A stretch of 64,000 nt of DNA, taken from the sequence record PP886230.1; one strand, written 5' to 3'. Positions 27,498 through 37,758 of the stretch are shown one piece after another. The position numbers and the translations under genes were made by a program. Position 1 is the first letter of the stretch. Each line of letters starts with the position of its first letter. The notes under the pieces are model-generated. The model was given only the letters and a program-made list of their open reading frames with translations, did no database searches and was not told the origin of the DNA.

Positions 27498-28147
27498 TGA
27501 AAAATGTAACTCAAGAAAAGATTCTGTACCTTGCAAAGTACAATGGTGGTTTCAATATCATTAGCCGTGAGTACAGTGGTAATTTGGCTAAGTTGATTGA
27601 CAGTTTGTTAGAATTTGATTTCATTAAATGGGAAACTAATGAACTTTGGTACGAATATGCTGGTCAGAAATGGGAAAGTGATTATGATAATGCAATACAT
27701 TCATACACTATCACCAAAGCAGGTGAAGTTCGATTAGCCATTATGCGTTGTGCATATACTTACAAAAATCATAAAGGTGAAGAAAAACATATTCGCAGAA
27801 ATGAAGAGCTATTACTTCTCATGGAAGCAGCAAAAGTTACAATGCATGATTTGTTCCACCACCCACGTTGGTATGAAAATCTAACAAAAGCAGAGTACAA
27901 AGCTTTACGTTACATTGATGAACAAAACAACAACCCAGTTGAAGTTGATGATGTTAGTGATGATGAACTAAGCCTCAAAAATGTATTTGAAAGTACCAGT
28001 ACTGAAAGTATTACAGACATTTCTGTACAGATGGCACTAAAAGCAATGGAACTTTTCAAGACACAATATGAAGGACACAGTGCTGAAGAAGTAGAGCGTG
28101 AGTTCATTACACGCGTACAGATTGCATTGTTCCAATCGAAAAAGTAG
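27497..28147 (+). CDS. Hypothetical protein
   Basis: TAATG overlap, AAGGA SD. Confidence 0.7.
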   Translation: MKNVTQEKILYLAKYNGGFNIISREYSGNLAKLIDSLLEFDFIKWETNELWYEYAGQKWESDYDNAIHSYTITKAGEVRLAIMRCAYTYKNHKGEEKHIRRNEELLLLMEAAKVTMHDLFHHPRWYENLTKAEYKALRYIDEQNNNPVEVDDVSDDELSLKNVFESTSTESITDISVQMALKAMELFKTQYEGHSAEEVEREFITRVQIALFQSKK

Positions 28148-28153
28148 GATGAT

Positions 28154-28333
28154 ATGAAATTTTTACTTGTACTAATCGCAGTTCTTATGGTATTATCTTG
28201 TTCAGTTAGTAATGGTTCATACATTTACGTATCAGTATTTGAAGAAGCTCCCGACAACTGTGTATTAACTCACACTGGAATTGTGTTAGTTAATGGTAAA
28301 CCATCAATCGAGTACTTATGTATAGGTGATTAA
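28154..28333 (+). CDS. Small predicted lipoprotein (59 aa, not in ORF track)
   Basis: MKFLLVLIAVLMVLSC lipobox-like signal; TAGGA SD. Confidence 0.55.
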   Translation: MKFLLVLIAVLMVLSCSVSNGSYIYVSVFEEAPDNCVLTHTGIVLVNGKPSIEYLCIGD

Positions 28334-28336
28334 ATT

Positions 28337-28567
28337 ATGAAATTATTATATATTTTTATTATTTCTTCTATTGTATTTCTGAGTGGATGTGCTCCTAAAG
28401 TTGATGAGATGGATGCTGAAATCATCCGTCAAGGTTTAACAAAACTAAATCACCAAGGAACACTATACGCATGTCATACTATGCGTCATGGGCAAGATCT
28501 TAATCTCATGTGCAGGAAGATTGTGAATCGCAAACGTCTTAATACTGTTCCGAAGGATGCACAATGA
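28337..28567 (+). CDS. Small predicted lipoprotein
   Basis: Lipobox FLSGC. Confidence 0.65.
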   Translation: MKLLYIFIISSIVFLSGCAPKVDEMDAEIIRQGLTKLNHQGTLYACHTMRHGQDLNLMCRKIVNRKRLNTVPKDAQ

Positions 28568-28734
28568 AAGAAGTAATTGACTACAAATGTAAAAATTGTG
28601 GCAAAGATAAGGGTAAGCATTCAGTACAAGGGATGGCTTGCCCGAATCCAGGTCGTGGTAATTTCAGAGGGTTTAGTACTGAAAAGTCTTACGAACCGGA
28701 TCATACCAAACCTGTAATGGGTTATAAATTATGA
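28564..28734 (+). CDS. Small Zn-binding protein (56 aa, not in ORF track)
   Basis: CKNCG...KH...CP; ATGA overlaps at both ends. Confidence 0.55.
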   Translation: MKEVIDYKCKNCGKDKGKHSVQGMACPNPGRGNFRGFSTEKSYEPDHTKPVMGYKL

Positions 28735-29090
28735 GTGATTATGTAGCATTTCTTCATCGCTTTGGAGAAGCTAAAGAAAAACATATTATCCGTATGCCAT
28801 TATATGGTGAAAAAGACTGGTACAAAAGTACTATCAGTGTAGGTGCATTTCGTGACCGTGAAGCTGGATTCTTTCTGGGTAAGAAACATGAACGAGAGGT
28901 ACTTTGCTCACTGTGGCGTTTGGATGAATGGGATAGTGAGAACGTAAGAACTGCTGAATCAATGCTGGCTATTGTTGGTATTGCGAACTATCAGCATCCA
29001 TATGACCTATTACCTACATTTGAACATGCTTCTTTGTTTGACTTTTACAAAGCAGTAGGGTATGATTATAAAAAGAAACGTTACATTTAA
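28731..29090 (+). CDS. Hypothetical protein
   Basis: ATGA overlap. Confidence 0.65.
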   Translation: MSDYVAFLHRFGEAKEKHIIRMPLYGEKDWYKSTISVGAFRDREAGFFLGKKHEREVLCSLWRLDEWDSENVRTAESMLAIVGIANYQHPYDLLPTFEHASLFDFYKAVGYDYKKKRYI

Positions 29091-29135
29091 TATCAGTACT
29101 GTCATAATGGCAGTACTTTTTAATTGGAGATTACT

Positions 29136-29750
29136 ATGACTACATCGGAAAAGTACTGGTGGATTTTGGCTCATCCTAAATTCATAAACAAAGATATGGT
29201 TCCAGCTAGGATTGATATAGAACCTCATGATGTGTGTCCAATGACAAATCGAATTGAAGATTTCAAAGCATTGAATACAAAGACTCAATTTTGGGTAGAA
29301 TTTCTTTCACCAATGTATATTGAGCAAGACGACGAATGGGTACAAGCACATGATTATCAATTGGATTGTGGTGGTGATACGTATGAAGAGGCGATTGATA
29401 AATTATACAAAAATGTGCTAAACACATATGGTGATTACACCCAACAAGAAGCAGATAACACATTTAATAAGATCCATGCATTCAAATCTACTCCATCAAT
29501 TTTTAATCCTACTAAAACTGTTTGGGAGGAACGACACAGTTGGAGTTCATGTGTAATCGATGAAGAAACCAAAGAAAAAATCATCGATGATATAAAAAAT
29601 TTAAAAAATACGATAGAAGCCTTGCGTGAATTCATAATGTCTTGTACAATAGAACAACAGAAAGAGGCAAAGATACATTTGGAGAGTGAAGAATGTAAAC
29701 TTTGGGTTCTAGAGAAATCTATTGAAAAGGGTATAGACTTAGACTTATGA
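29136..29750 (+). CDS. Hypothetical protein
   Basis: ATG after GGAG. Confidence 0.65.
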   Translation: MTTSEKYWWILAHPKFINKDMVPARIDIEPHDVCPMTNRIEDFKALNTKTQFWVEFLSPMYIEQDDEWVQAHDYQLDCGGDTYEEAIDKLYKNVLNTYGDYTQQEADNTFNKIHAFKSTPSIFNPTKTVWEERHSWSSCVIDEETKEKIIDDIKNLKNTIEALREFIMSCTIEQQKEAKIHLESEECKLWVLEKSIEKGIDLDL

Positions 29751-30115
29751 ATAGTAAATTGAAGAAACTAATCGAAGAATTACGCCAGATGCCACCTATT
29801 GAACAAGTAGGAAATTACAAACGGTATCGTGTTATTGCTCGTGCACTTGATAAAAAAGGTAGAGTACTGGCAACTCGCACAAATTCTTATACACAGACTC
29901 ACCCAGTACAGAAGGGTTTCGCCATTCGTGCTGGGCGACCGCAAGGTGAGTTTCTTCATGCTGAAATTTCATGTTTACTGGCTGCTCGTACTGATGTTCA
30001 TACTTTACTGATTGCACGGATAAGTAAAGATGGAATTCCTGTTCCGGCTAAACCATGTGAAATTTGCTCATTAGCAATAAAAGAATATGGGGTGAAAGAG
30101 ATTATCCACACATGA
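29747..30115 (+). CDS. Cytidine/deoxycytidylate deaminase-fold protein
   Basis: LHAEISCL and KPCEIC Zn motifs; only 122 aa. Confidence 0.75.
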   Translation: MNSKLKKLIEELRQMPPIEQVGNYKRYRVIARALDKKGRVLATRTNSYTQTHPVQKGFAIRAGRPQGEFLHAEISCLLAARTDVHTLLIARISKDGIPVPAKPCEICSLAIKEYGVKEIIHT

Positions 30116-30333
30116 AAATTGAAAGATATGCTAAGCATACTGTTGGGTGTGTAAATGATATATTCTATTATTATATTTTTGCACCTGAACTACGTTTTCA
30201 AATCACAACATACAATGATGGCAGATTTAAAGATACAAACTTCCTCATAACCGACTTAGCAAAGTATGCGAATACAGAACATTTTAATCATTTAGTATTT
30301 GTGTACTGTATACCAAACCCAAATAAAAAGTAG
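30112..30333 (+). CDS. Hypothetical protein
   Basis: ATGA overlap at 30112. Confidence 0.5.
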   Translation: MKIERYAKHTVGCVNDIFYYYIFAPELRFQITTYNDGRFKDTNFLITDLAKYANTEHFNHLVFVYCIPNPNKK

Positions 30334-30343
30334 GAGATTAAAA

Positions 30344-30703
30344 ATGGCTAAAACAATTTCTTTAAAAAATGAAAATGTAGGACAACGCAAAGATGGTTTC
30401 TTTGGTTTTTCTTGGACAACATTATTCTTTGGACCGTTCCCTGCATTGTTTCGTGGTGACTTTATTACGTTCATCGGTGCATTTGTAATTTACTTCATCC
30501 TCAACGCAGTGTCATTTTGGATTGTGGGTACAATTGCAATGGTTGTATGGGCATTTCTTTATAATAAGTACTACACCGTGAATCTCATCAAGAATGGGTA
30601 TAAATTCAATGGCACACATGAAGAAAATGCTGAAGCTGCAATGGCTTTGCAAATTGATTTGAATAAAAACAACACAGTTGATAAAAATAAAGATCCTGAA
30701 TAA
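30344..30703 (+). CDS. Membrane protein (DUF2628-like)
   Basis: GFSWTTLFFGPFPALFRGD; YNKYYTVNLIKNGY; TAGGAG SD. Confidence 0.65.
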   Translation: MAKTISLKNENVGQRKDGFFGFSWTTLFFGPFPALFRGDFITFIGAFVIYFILNAVSFWIVGTIAMVVWAFLYNKYYTVNLIKNGYKFNGTHEENAEAAMALQIDLNKNNTVDKNKDPE

Positions 30704-30922
30704 ATGGAAAAATACGATATAATTTACGATTATTATGGTAAGGCTTATATGAAGTGTGGGCGTTATGTTGAACTCTCTAATAGAGAATCAATAGATCCCC
30801 ACACTCTTATAACAATTCATAATTCGTACTATAAAAAAGTTACAATAGCTAATTTTGCAACATACGTAAATAATCCTTTATTTCCTTACATTATTCAGTA
30901 CTACTGTAGAGTTATCAAATAA
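30704..30922 (+). CDS. Hypothetical protein
   Basis: Abuts the upstream stop. Confidence 0.5.
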   Translation: MEKYDIIYDYYGKAYMKCGRYVELSNRESIDPHTLITIHNSYYKKVTIANFATYVNNPLFPYIIQYYCRVIK

Positions 30923-30933
30923 GGTAAAAAGAA

Positions 30934-31344
30934 ATGTTAGCTGATGAATTTATGTCACTAAGTATCAAGATATTTGATATACTAGGTGATGAAACAGATT
31001 TCAATCTAAGCGACAAAGATATTCCATTGGAAGATGGTGGATACTTTTTTGCGATTGGAACTACGTATAATCTGGATCTTTCAAAGCCTATCAGTGATGA
31101 TAGTGATTATAATGCAACAACATATTTTGATTTCCAGCTTGATGGACATAAAGAGCGTTTACTAACGTACAGACGTAAAGGTAGTTTCAATAGAACCGAG
31201 ATTACAATAATGGATTTTGAAAAACGCATTGAACTAGCTAAGAAACATCCATTCATCAGTACTCATACATTTAATAGACTAATCGATCTATTAGATAATT
31301 ATCCATATACAATCCGAGGGTCGTTACGTTTAAATGCAGAATGA
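30934..31344 (+). CDS. Hypothetical protein
   Basis: AAGG SD. Confidence 0.6.
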   Translation: MLADEFMSLSIKIFDILGDETDFNLSDKDIPLEDGGYFFAIGTTYNLDLSKPISDDSDYNATTYFDFQLDGHKERLLTYRRKGSFNRTEITIMDFEKRIELAKKHPFISTHTFNRLIDLLDNYPYTIRGSLRLNAE

Positions 31345-31519
31345 AATCTTCAAAAAAGAATACGATGGTGAAAGTCTCTATGATATTCAAAGAGACGTAC
31401 ATGAAGCATTCGATTCAAGATTTAACCCATTAGCTGAACAAATCCCACAAGATGAGTTTGGTTTTCAGGAAGGCACTTTCACAGTGACTATTACATGGAG
31501 TCCAGATGAGACTAGCTAA
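31334..31519 (+). CDS. Small acidic protein
   Basis: Overlapping ORF in a packed run. Confidence 0.55.
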   Translation: MQNEIFKKEYDGESLYDIQRDVHEAFDSRFNPLAEQIPQDEFGFQEGTFTVTITWSPDETS

Positions 31520-31622
31520 ACTTGTCATAGGTTGTAGTGCACTTGCTGCATATATGCTTTTTTCCGCACCAACCAATGTATTACTGTTAATTTGGGCAGT
31601 TGTTATATTAGCAGTACTTTAA
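31506..31622 (+). CDS. Small hydrophobic protein (38 aa, not in ORF track)
   Basis: MRLAKLVIGCSALAAYMLFSAPTNVLLLIWAVVILAVL; GGAG SD; stop directly precedes a terminator. Confidence 0.5.
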   Translation: MRLAKLVIGCSALAAYMLFSAPTNVLLLIWAVVILAVL

Positions 31623-31643
31623 AGCACCCTAGTGGTGCTTTTT
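31621..31643 (+). terminator. Rho-independent terminator
   Basis: AAAGCACC-CTAGT-GGTGCTTT-TT. Confidence 0.75.
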
Positions 31644-31781
31644 CTATTTGTGCAAATAAAAACCAATGTGACTTTTCCTTGATATAGGTCAAGAGAAATA
31701 ACCTGTTCTGACGCTATAATGTTGTCTGGTGATATTAAATATCTTCACCCCCAGATGATTTCAAAATACAAGGAATGTACA

Positions 31782-33587
31782 ATGCAATTAGATAAATTAT
31801 ATACTGACGTAACGAATTTCCTCAATCAGAGCAATACTGATCTTACCAACGAAAATGCGAACAAAGATGCGAAATGCGTCAATACACACAGGGATTTACT
31901 TGCAGGTATCCTATCTAAGCATTATTCACAAGATGTTATTCCAAATGAGCTAATGCAGTGGCATAATGATGGTTATGGTCATATTCATGATTTAGACTAC
32001 TATATCAGCCCATTAACCAACTGTTGCTTAGTTAACTACCCAGATATGCTAAAAAATGGATTTACCATTGGTTGTGCCAAAATTGAAGAACCAAAGAGTT
32101 TTAGTGTAGCATGTACAGTACTGACACAGATTGTACAAGCTGTAGCTAGTTCCCAATACGGCGGTCAATCGTTGGCTCACATTGATGTCGGTTTAGAACC
32201 TTACGTTCAAAAGTCATGGGATAAGCTGTTAGAAAAACAAAAGAAATATAATCTAAGTGATGAGTTCATTGAAGAAGAATTACGAAAAGAAGTATACGAT
32301 GGATGTCAAACATTACTTTACCAGACTAATTCAATGATTAGCACTAATGGACAAGCTGCATTCATTTCTCTTAGTTTAGGGCTTAATACTTCTAAATTTG
32401 GTAAATTAATCACTGAACAGTACTTAAAAGTTCATGAGAATGGTTTAGGTAAAGATAAGATTACTCCAGTGTTTCCTAAAGTAATTTTCTTTTTACAAGA
32501 TGGTATAAACATGAATACCAATGATAGTAATTATGACCTTAAACAGTTAGCTATGCGTTGTGCATCAAAACGAATCTACCCAGACTTTGTTTCAGTTCCA
32601 TTAAATCACAAAGTGACGGGAAGTAGTAGTACTGCTGTAACACCGATGGGATGTCGTTCATTCTTAGGAAAATGGGAAGATTCAAATGGAAATGAACAAT
32701 ACAACGGTCGTTTCAATTTAGGTGTGGTTTCTATCAATTTACCTCTAATTGCTCTTGAGAGTGATTCTGATGGAGAGTTTTTTGATAAGATAGACGAGCA
32801 TATGAATATTGCATATCGTGCTCAGATGAACCGTGTGGAGCGTTTAAAAGGCACTAAAGCGAAGCAGAATCCAATTTTGTTCATGGAAGGTGCATTAGCA
32901 CGTTTAGGTGCAGAAGAAACCATTGACAAGCTATTTTACAATGGTTATGCTAGTATTAGTATTGGTTATGTTGGTCTTGTTGAATGTTCAGAAATCCTCA
33001 CTGGTTCTATCAGTAAGGAGTTTTGTATGTCAGTACTGAATTATATGAAAGTAAAATGTGATGAGTTCAAAAAAGAAAGTAATATTGCTTTTAGTCTATA
33101 TGGAACTCCAGCAGAGTCGCTTTGTTATAAATTTGCACGTTGCATTGAAGCAAAATATCCTTCAGTACTAAAACGTGATTACATCACAAATTCCTTCCAT
33201 CAACCAGTATGGGTAGAAAGTTCTCCATTTGATAAATGGAGTTATGAAGAAGGGTTTGCTTACCTAAGTAACGGTGGAAACATCAGTTATGTTGAATCTC
33301 CAAACTTAGCAAACAACATTCAAGCACTTGAAACATTAGTTAACTATGCGTACACTAAGATACCATATTTTGGTATTAACCAACCAGTTGACCATTGTTA
33401 TGAATGTGGATTCCAGGGTGAGTTCAGTGTAGATAAACATGGTTTCCACTGTCCTGTATGTGATAATCGTAATGAGAAGACAATCTCAGTGATTCGTCGT
33501 GTTTCTGGGTACTTGGGTAATCCTTCTTCGCGTGGCTTCAATAAAGGCAAGCAACAAGAGTGTTGTGAGCGTATTCAGCACAAATAA
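31782..33587 (+). CDS. nrdD: Anaerobic (class III) ribonucleotide reductase large subunit, without ATP cone
   Basis: ENANKD, HIHDLDY, TNCCL, TPMGCRS, GRFNLGVVSINLP, CxxC-CxxC Zn site and glycyl-radical loop RRVSGYL; start ATG 31782 after AAGGA. Confidence 0.96.
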   Translation: MQLDKLYTDVTNFLNQSNTDLTNENANKDAKCVNTHRDLLAGILSKHYSQDVIPNELMQWHNDGYGHIHDLDYYISPLTNCCLVNYPDMLKNGFTIGCAKIEEPKSFSVACTVLTQIVQAVASSQYGGQSLAHIDVGLEPYVQKSWDKLLEKQKKYNLSDEFIEEELRKEVYDGCQTLLYQTNSMISTNGQAAFISLSLGLNTSKFGKLITEQYLKVHENGLGKDKITPVFPKVIFFLQDGINMNTNDSNYDLKQLAMRCASKRIYPDFVSVPLNHKVTGSSSTAVTPMGCRSFLGKWEDSNGNEQYNGRFNLGVVSINLPLIALESDSDGEFFDKIDEHMNIAYRAQMNRVERLKGTKAKQNPILFMEGALARLGAEETIDKLFYNGYASISIGYVGLVECSEILTGSISKEFCMSVLNYMKVKCDEFKKESNIAFSLYGTPAESLCYKFARCIEAKYPSVLKRDYITNSFHQPVWVESSPFDKWSYEEGFAYLSNGGNISYVESPNLANNIQALETLVNYAYTKIPYFGINQPVDHCYECGFQGEFSVDKHGFHCPVCDNRNEKTISVIRRVSGYLGNPSSRGFNKGKQQECCERIQHK

Positions 33588-33595
33588 GGTAAATT

Positions 33596-33928
33596 ATGGA
33601 TTTAAAGCCAATTGTGGTTAACAAATACAAAGAACCGTATGATGTGTATATTGGACGTGGGTCTAAATGGGGAAACCCATTTACCCATATTAAAGATAAA
33701 CAAACCAAAGCCGAGTTCATTGTTAGTACAAGAGAAGAATCAATTGAAAAATTCAGAGAATACATTATTGAACGTATTTCTTGTGGAGAAGTTAAGATTG
33801 ATGAATTACTTGAACTCGCAGGGAAACGCCTTGGTTGTTTCTGTAAACCAAAATCATGTCACGGCGATGTTCTTGTCGAAATAGTGAGTGCAATATTAGA
33901 TGAATTACCAGACGATAATCAAGGATGA
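33596..33928 (+). CDS. DUF4326-family protein
   Basis: YDVYIGRGSKWGNPF...LGCFCKPKSCHGDVL. Confidence 0.8.
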   Translation: MDLKPIVVNKYKEPYDVYIGRGSKWGNPFTHIKDKQTKAEFIVSTREESIEKFREYIIERISCGEVKIDELLELAGKRLGCFCKPKSCHGDVLVEIVSAILDELPDDNQG

Positions 33929-34370
33929 TTTAGTAAATGGAGAGGGCGTTCGCTGCTCTTTATTTGTTAGTGGGTGTTCGCACGGATGTGATGGTTGCTT
34001 CAATGAAGAAGCATGGGATTACAGAAGTGGTCAATTGTTCAGTACTGAAACAGTTGAGATTATACTACAGGAACTAAAAAAACCATATGTTAGTGGTTTG
34101 TCACTTCTAGGCGGCGATCCATTAATGAAAAAGAATATAGATGAAGTTTTAAATCTATGCAAAGTAGTTAAAGAAACTTATCCTAGTAAAACTATTTGGT
34201 GCTGGAGTGGGTATACTTTAGATGAGATTATGAAAAATCATGCTAAAGATATACTTCAGTACTTAGATGTATTAGTTGATGGTAAGTTTATTGAGTCCGA
34301 AAAGAATTTAAAATTACCTTTTCGTGGTTCAAATAATCAAAGAATACTATATAAAAATAAAGATTTTTAG
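33900..34370 (+). CDS. nrdG: Anaerobic RNR activase (radical SAM)
   Basis: DLVNGEGVR, CSHGCDGC (CxxxCxxC), LLGGDP, FRGSNNQ. Confidence 0.95.
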   Translation: MNYQTIIKDDLVNGEGVRCSLFVSGCSHGCDGCFNEEAWDYRSGQLFSTETVEIILQELKKPYVSGLSLLGGDPLMKKNIDEVLNLCKVVKETYPSKTIWCWSGYTLDEIMKNHAKDILQYLDVLVDGKFIESEKNLKLPFRGSNNQRILYKNKDF

Positions 34371-34373
34371 CAT

Positions 34374-34396
34374 AAGCACCCGTTGGGTGCTTTTTT
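34374..34396 (+). terminator. Rho-independent terminator
   Basis: AAGCACCC-GTT-GGGTGCTT-TTTT. Confidence 0.8.
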
Positions 34397-34404
34397 ATTA
34401 TGTA

Positions 34405-34412
34405 TATAAATA
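34405..34412 (+). promoter_or_regulatory. T4-type late promoter
   Basis: Exact TATAAATA ~35 nt before a structural gene. Confidence 0.7.
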
Positions 34413-34446
34413 CATTAACTAATATCTAATTTATAAGGGATATATA

Positions 34447-37143
34447 ATGTCAAAGAAAATATATGGTGGCTTAGATGTCACACATAATGTGACAGTTAAT
34501 GGTAAAAGAACAATTCAAGGAATAAATGAACAAGTTTTTGATTCCAACGGTAACTTGGAATTAGATACTTATTCCAGAGATGAAGTACTAGATATAGTAA
34601 GTATGATGCCAATCTCCCATTATGGTTCACAAAACTATCTACCTGCGGGTGTTTCTGGGGATTTCAATGGTGCATCAGAAAACCAGTCACAACGTAGAAA
34701 TAAAATTTTATTAGAAAACGATGGTACACTAGTGCTTTTACGTAGTGGGACAAACGGTAGTGTTGAGGGATTATTTTATTCATATTTGGCTAACGCATTA
34801 TCAGTTGATGACATGAGCCGTACAATTAACACCAGTCGTCAATACAAGCCTGGGTTTTTTGGTTCAAATAGAGTTGCGATTGGTTTATACAATACTGATC
34901 CAAATATTTTACTCGGTAGATATATTGATACTTCTAACAGTACTAATGGTTTGTTCATATCAATTACCAATGGTACATTAGATGATAAATTGCATACTGG
35001 TTTTTTCGTTAACCAAGCAGATATATCACCGGAAGGTGGTATTGAATATGCTATGATGGCAGAAGATGGTTCTATATATGTTTTTAACGTACTTAATGAA
35101 AATAACCAACTACAATTAGTTGTTGTTAAAGTTGTTTATAATATAAGCAATGGTACTTATACTGCAACTCGAATTACTGGATGGACTACTAAAACATTTT
35201 ATAACACGACATATTCTGCACAAAATAATATGGTTATTACTAATCAGGTAACATCAACAAATATTGCTGATAAACCTTATGCTTATGTCCCACAAAATCT
35301 ACGCGGTATTGGGATTTACATGACATCAATTGATTTATATGTTGCACAGCAGCCAGGAACGCAGAATTTCCGCTTTAGAATGAACGGGGATGCTTGGTTT
35401 ACAATGGCAACATATAATACACGTCCACAGCATAGTTACAGTTTTGTGTTCAATATGAGTACTAAACAATGTACATTAGATGCGGGTAATGATATTGGTT
35501 CATACCAAGCACCATTAGTTATAACGGATACAGGTTCAGCATTAGTTCCTACTGGTAACGTTTTAAATAACGATCCATTGTATAACCATGCAAATGCAAG
35601 GAACATTTACAGTTCTTATTTTTATTTAAATTCAGGTGAAGCATTTTGTACTGCATGTCCAAACTTAGCAGAACCATTACTTATGCAAAAAGCTAAGTTT
35701 CCTATTCAAATAGTTTATAGTATGCTGAATGTCCGTGCTGTACTTTCTACTGACTTCAAAGGTGGCATAGTTCGCCCGTCTTTTGGTTCAGCGGTTGGTT
35801 CATTTATTAATGGTGTAGAATTACTACCAGATAACAGTACTAAACAATATTCACGTGCATCAGGTAGTGGTGGATTTAGACCATCATATGCAGTTCATAA
35901 AAGTACTCCTAATTTTACATTTAAATCATTATCTTTAGGAACAATACAAGGTTATGAACCTACAGTTGAACGTGCTAATGTTGATGATAATGCAAATAAT
36001 AGAATTTTTATTAGTAGTATTTCTGGGTCAACTGTCACAACCAATGGTGGTATTTTTATGGTTGGGCAACGTTATTCACAATCATTATCCTATGATAAAA
36101 ACTTAAATGGCACAGGAATTATAAGCGTTACACAATCAGTACTGGACAATTTTAGAAATACTGAATATGCCAAAGTTCTAAGTGATTGGAATTTATCAGC
36201 ACAAGCATACCGTGATATGACACTATTTGTTCCACAACAAACAGACATTCCAGCTTTTGTTATGTTGAGTACAATTACTAATGATTATAGAAACTATATT
36301 AGAATTGCTGAAGTTAATGTCAATACTAGAGTTGGTAATATTACATCTATTACATTTAAGCGTTTAGTACTTGAGAATACGTATGGTGATAACTTTACAC
36401 CAACTGGGAATGGTTCGATTGCATCTTCTTCTGTTGGTTTGACAATATATGATGGTGGTTCATTCTACTTCATTGGTGGTTCTGACCCATTATCACATCC
36501 AACAATAGGTAATACTGCAACTCATCAATTTAGAGCATATGTAACTAAATCAACTGCACAATTTACAAGTTTTATAATTACTGGATCTCATGCCAGTTAT
36601 GAACAAGGAAGTCAACCAGCAGCATTACCTGGTATTGGTTTTGGAATTTTTGAACCAATGGATTACTCAAATAAAATGACATTCAAAAAATATGGAACAA
36701 CGATTGCAGACTATAATAACTGGACTGCACAAGGTAGCCCAATTAACGTAGTATCCCAGGACGTTGCTCAAGGGTTTATTGTATATTTTACAGAGGAAAC
36801 ACCAGTTATTCTTTCAGGTAAGTCATTTTCACTACCAGTTTCAAATATTGATTTGAGAACTATTAAGTCTAATCCAGCAAATACAACATTTTATGTATAT
36901 GTTAAATTGGAACAAGGATTGGCAAACTATTACATAACTACTGATGTTATTTCTGAAACAGGGACAACTGCATATAATATTTTTTGGATAGGTACAATTC
37001 AAACTAATGCAATTCAAATCGAAACAATTAATATACAAAAACGTTCCCGTTTAGATATATTTGGTGCTTCACTTGAATCAGCAGGTTCATCGTTCCCAGT
37101 TAGCTACGGTCTACCATCACAAACAGGAACCATAAACTGGTAA
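34447..37143 (+). CDS. Virion/tail structural protein (paralog 1, 898 aa)
   Basis: S/T/G/N-rich beta composition; late promoter; N- and C-terminal domains shared with the next two genes. Confidence 0.6.
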   Translation: MSKKIYGGLDVTHNVTVNGKRTIQGINEQVFDSNGNLELDTYSRDEVLDIVSMMPISHYGSQNYLPAGVSGDFNGASENQSQRRNKILLENDGTLVLLRSGTNGSVEGLFYSYLANALSVDDMSRTINTSRQYKPGFFGSNRVAIGLYNTDPNILLGRYIDTSNSTNGLFISITNGTLDDKLHTGFFVNQADISPEGGIEYAMMAEDGSIYVFNVLNENNQLQLVVVKVVYNISNGTYTATRITGWTTKTFYNTTYSAQNNMVITNQVTSTNIADKPYAYVPQNLRGIGIYMTSIDLYVAQQPGTQNFRFRMNGDAWFTMATYNTRPQHSYSFVFNMSTKQCTLDAGNDIGSYQAPLVITDTGSALVPTGNVLNNDPLYNHANARNIYSSYFYLNSGEAFCTACPNLAEPLLMQKAKFPIQIVYSMLNVRAVLSTDFKGGIVRPSFGSAVGSFINGVELLPDNSTKQYSRASGSGGFRPSYAVHKSTPNFTFKSLSLGTIQGYEPTVERANVDDNANNRIFISSISGSTVTTNGGIFMVGQRYSQSLSYDKNLNGTGIISVTQSVLDNFRNTEYAKVLSDWNLSAQAYRDMTLFVPQQTDIPAFVMLSTITNDYRNYIRIAEVNVNTRVGNITSITFKRLVLENTYGDNFTPTGNGSIASSSVGLTIYDGGSFYFIGGSDPLSHPTIGNTATHQFRAYVTKSTAQFTSFIITGSHASYEQGSQPAALPGIGFGIFEPMDYSNKMTFKKYGTTIADYNNWTAQGSPINVVSQDVAQGFIVYFTEETPVILSGKSFSLPVSNIDLRTIKSNPANTTFYVYVKLEQGLANYYITTDVISETGTTAYNIFWIGTIQTNAIQIETINIQKRSRLDIFGASLESAGSSFPVSYGLPSQTGTINW

Positions 37144-37154
37144 AGGATTACATA

Positions 37155-37742
37155 ATGGCATATAAAATAAGAGCAGACCTTAAGGCAATGCAACAAGTTA
37201 CAGTTCAGGGTAAAAGTACTGGTCTTGGTGTATTAGGTAATAATATGACTTATTACCCAACAAATTCAAATGGGGAATGTACATTCCCCTCTATTACCAA
37301 AGATGAAGTTAACTTTATTGTCAATGGATTACCACTTACACAATACGGAGAATTGTATGATGACGCTAGTCTAAATATTACTTCATCAGGCTATAGTCTT
37401 ACATTTAATAGACAGATACCATCATTTATTGGTGGTTATCTTTATAAATTTCCAGCAGTTTCTATTTTTGCTTCAACTGTTTCATCTGGAACACAAACAC
37501 AATACGTATATGCAACGTTAGTTCTCGGTGAACCAATTTATAAAATATCACCAACACAAATACAAGAATCTGAAATTATAATGTTTATTGGAACACTGAC
37601 CGTTGGTACAAGTGGTATTACAAATATAAACATTAATAAAGTATCCAGATTTAGTACATATAGACCTAGTGTTACACAAAAAGGTTCTTCATTCCCAGTC
37701 AGTACTGGAAAACCATCAGAAACTGGTACAATTGGTTGGTAA
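37155..37742 (+). CDS. Virion/tail structural protein (short paralog, 195 aa)
   Basis: C-terminus ...KVSRFSTYRPSVTQKGSSFPVSTGKPSETGTIGW matches the long paralogs. Confidence 0.6.
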   Translation: MAYKIRADLKAMQQVTVQGKSTGLGVLGNNMTYYPTNSNGECTFPSITKDEVNFIVNGLPLTQYGELYDDASLNITSSGYSLTFNRQIPSFIGGYLYKFPAVSIFASTVSSGTQTQYVYATLVLGEPIYKISPTQIQESEIIMFIGTLTVGTSGITNININKVSRFSTYRPSVTQKGSSFPVSTGKPSETGTIGW

Positions 37743-37758
37743 ATTAAGGAAAAGAAAG

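Noticed and set aside
31719-33587. Intron or intein in nrdD, or a longer N-terminus from 31719
   Set aside because: The frame is continuous and T4-sized; ATG 31782 has the SD. Lack of an ATP cone matches T4-type NrdD and is not novel.
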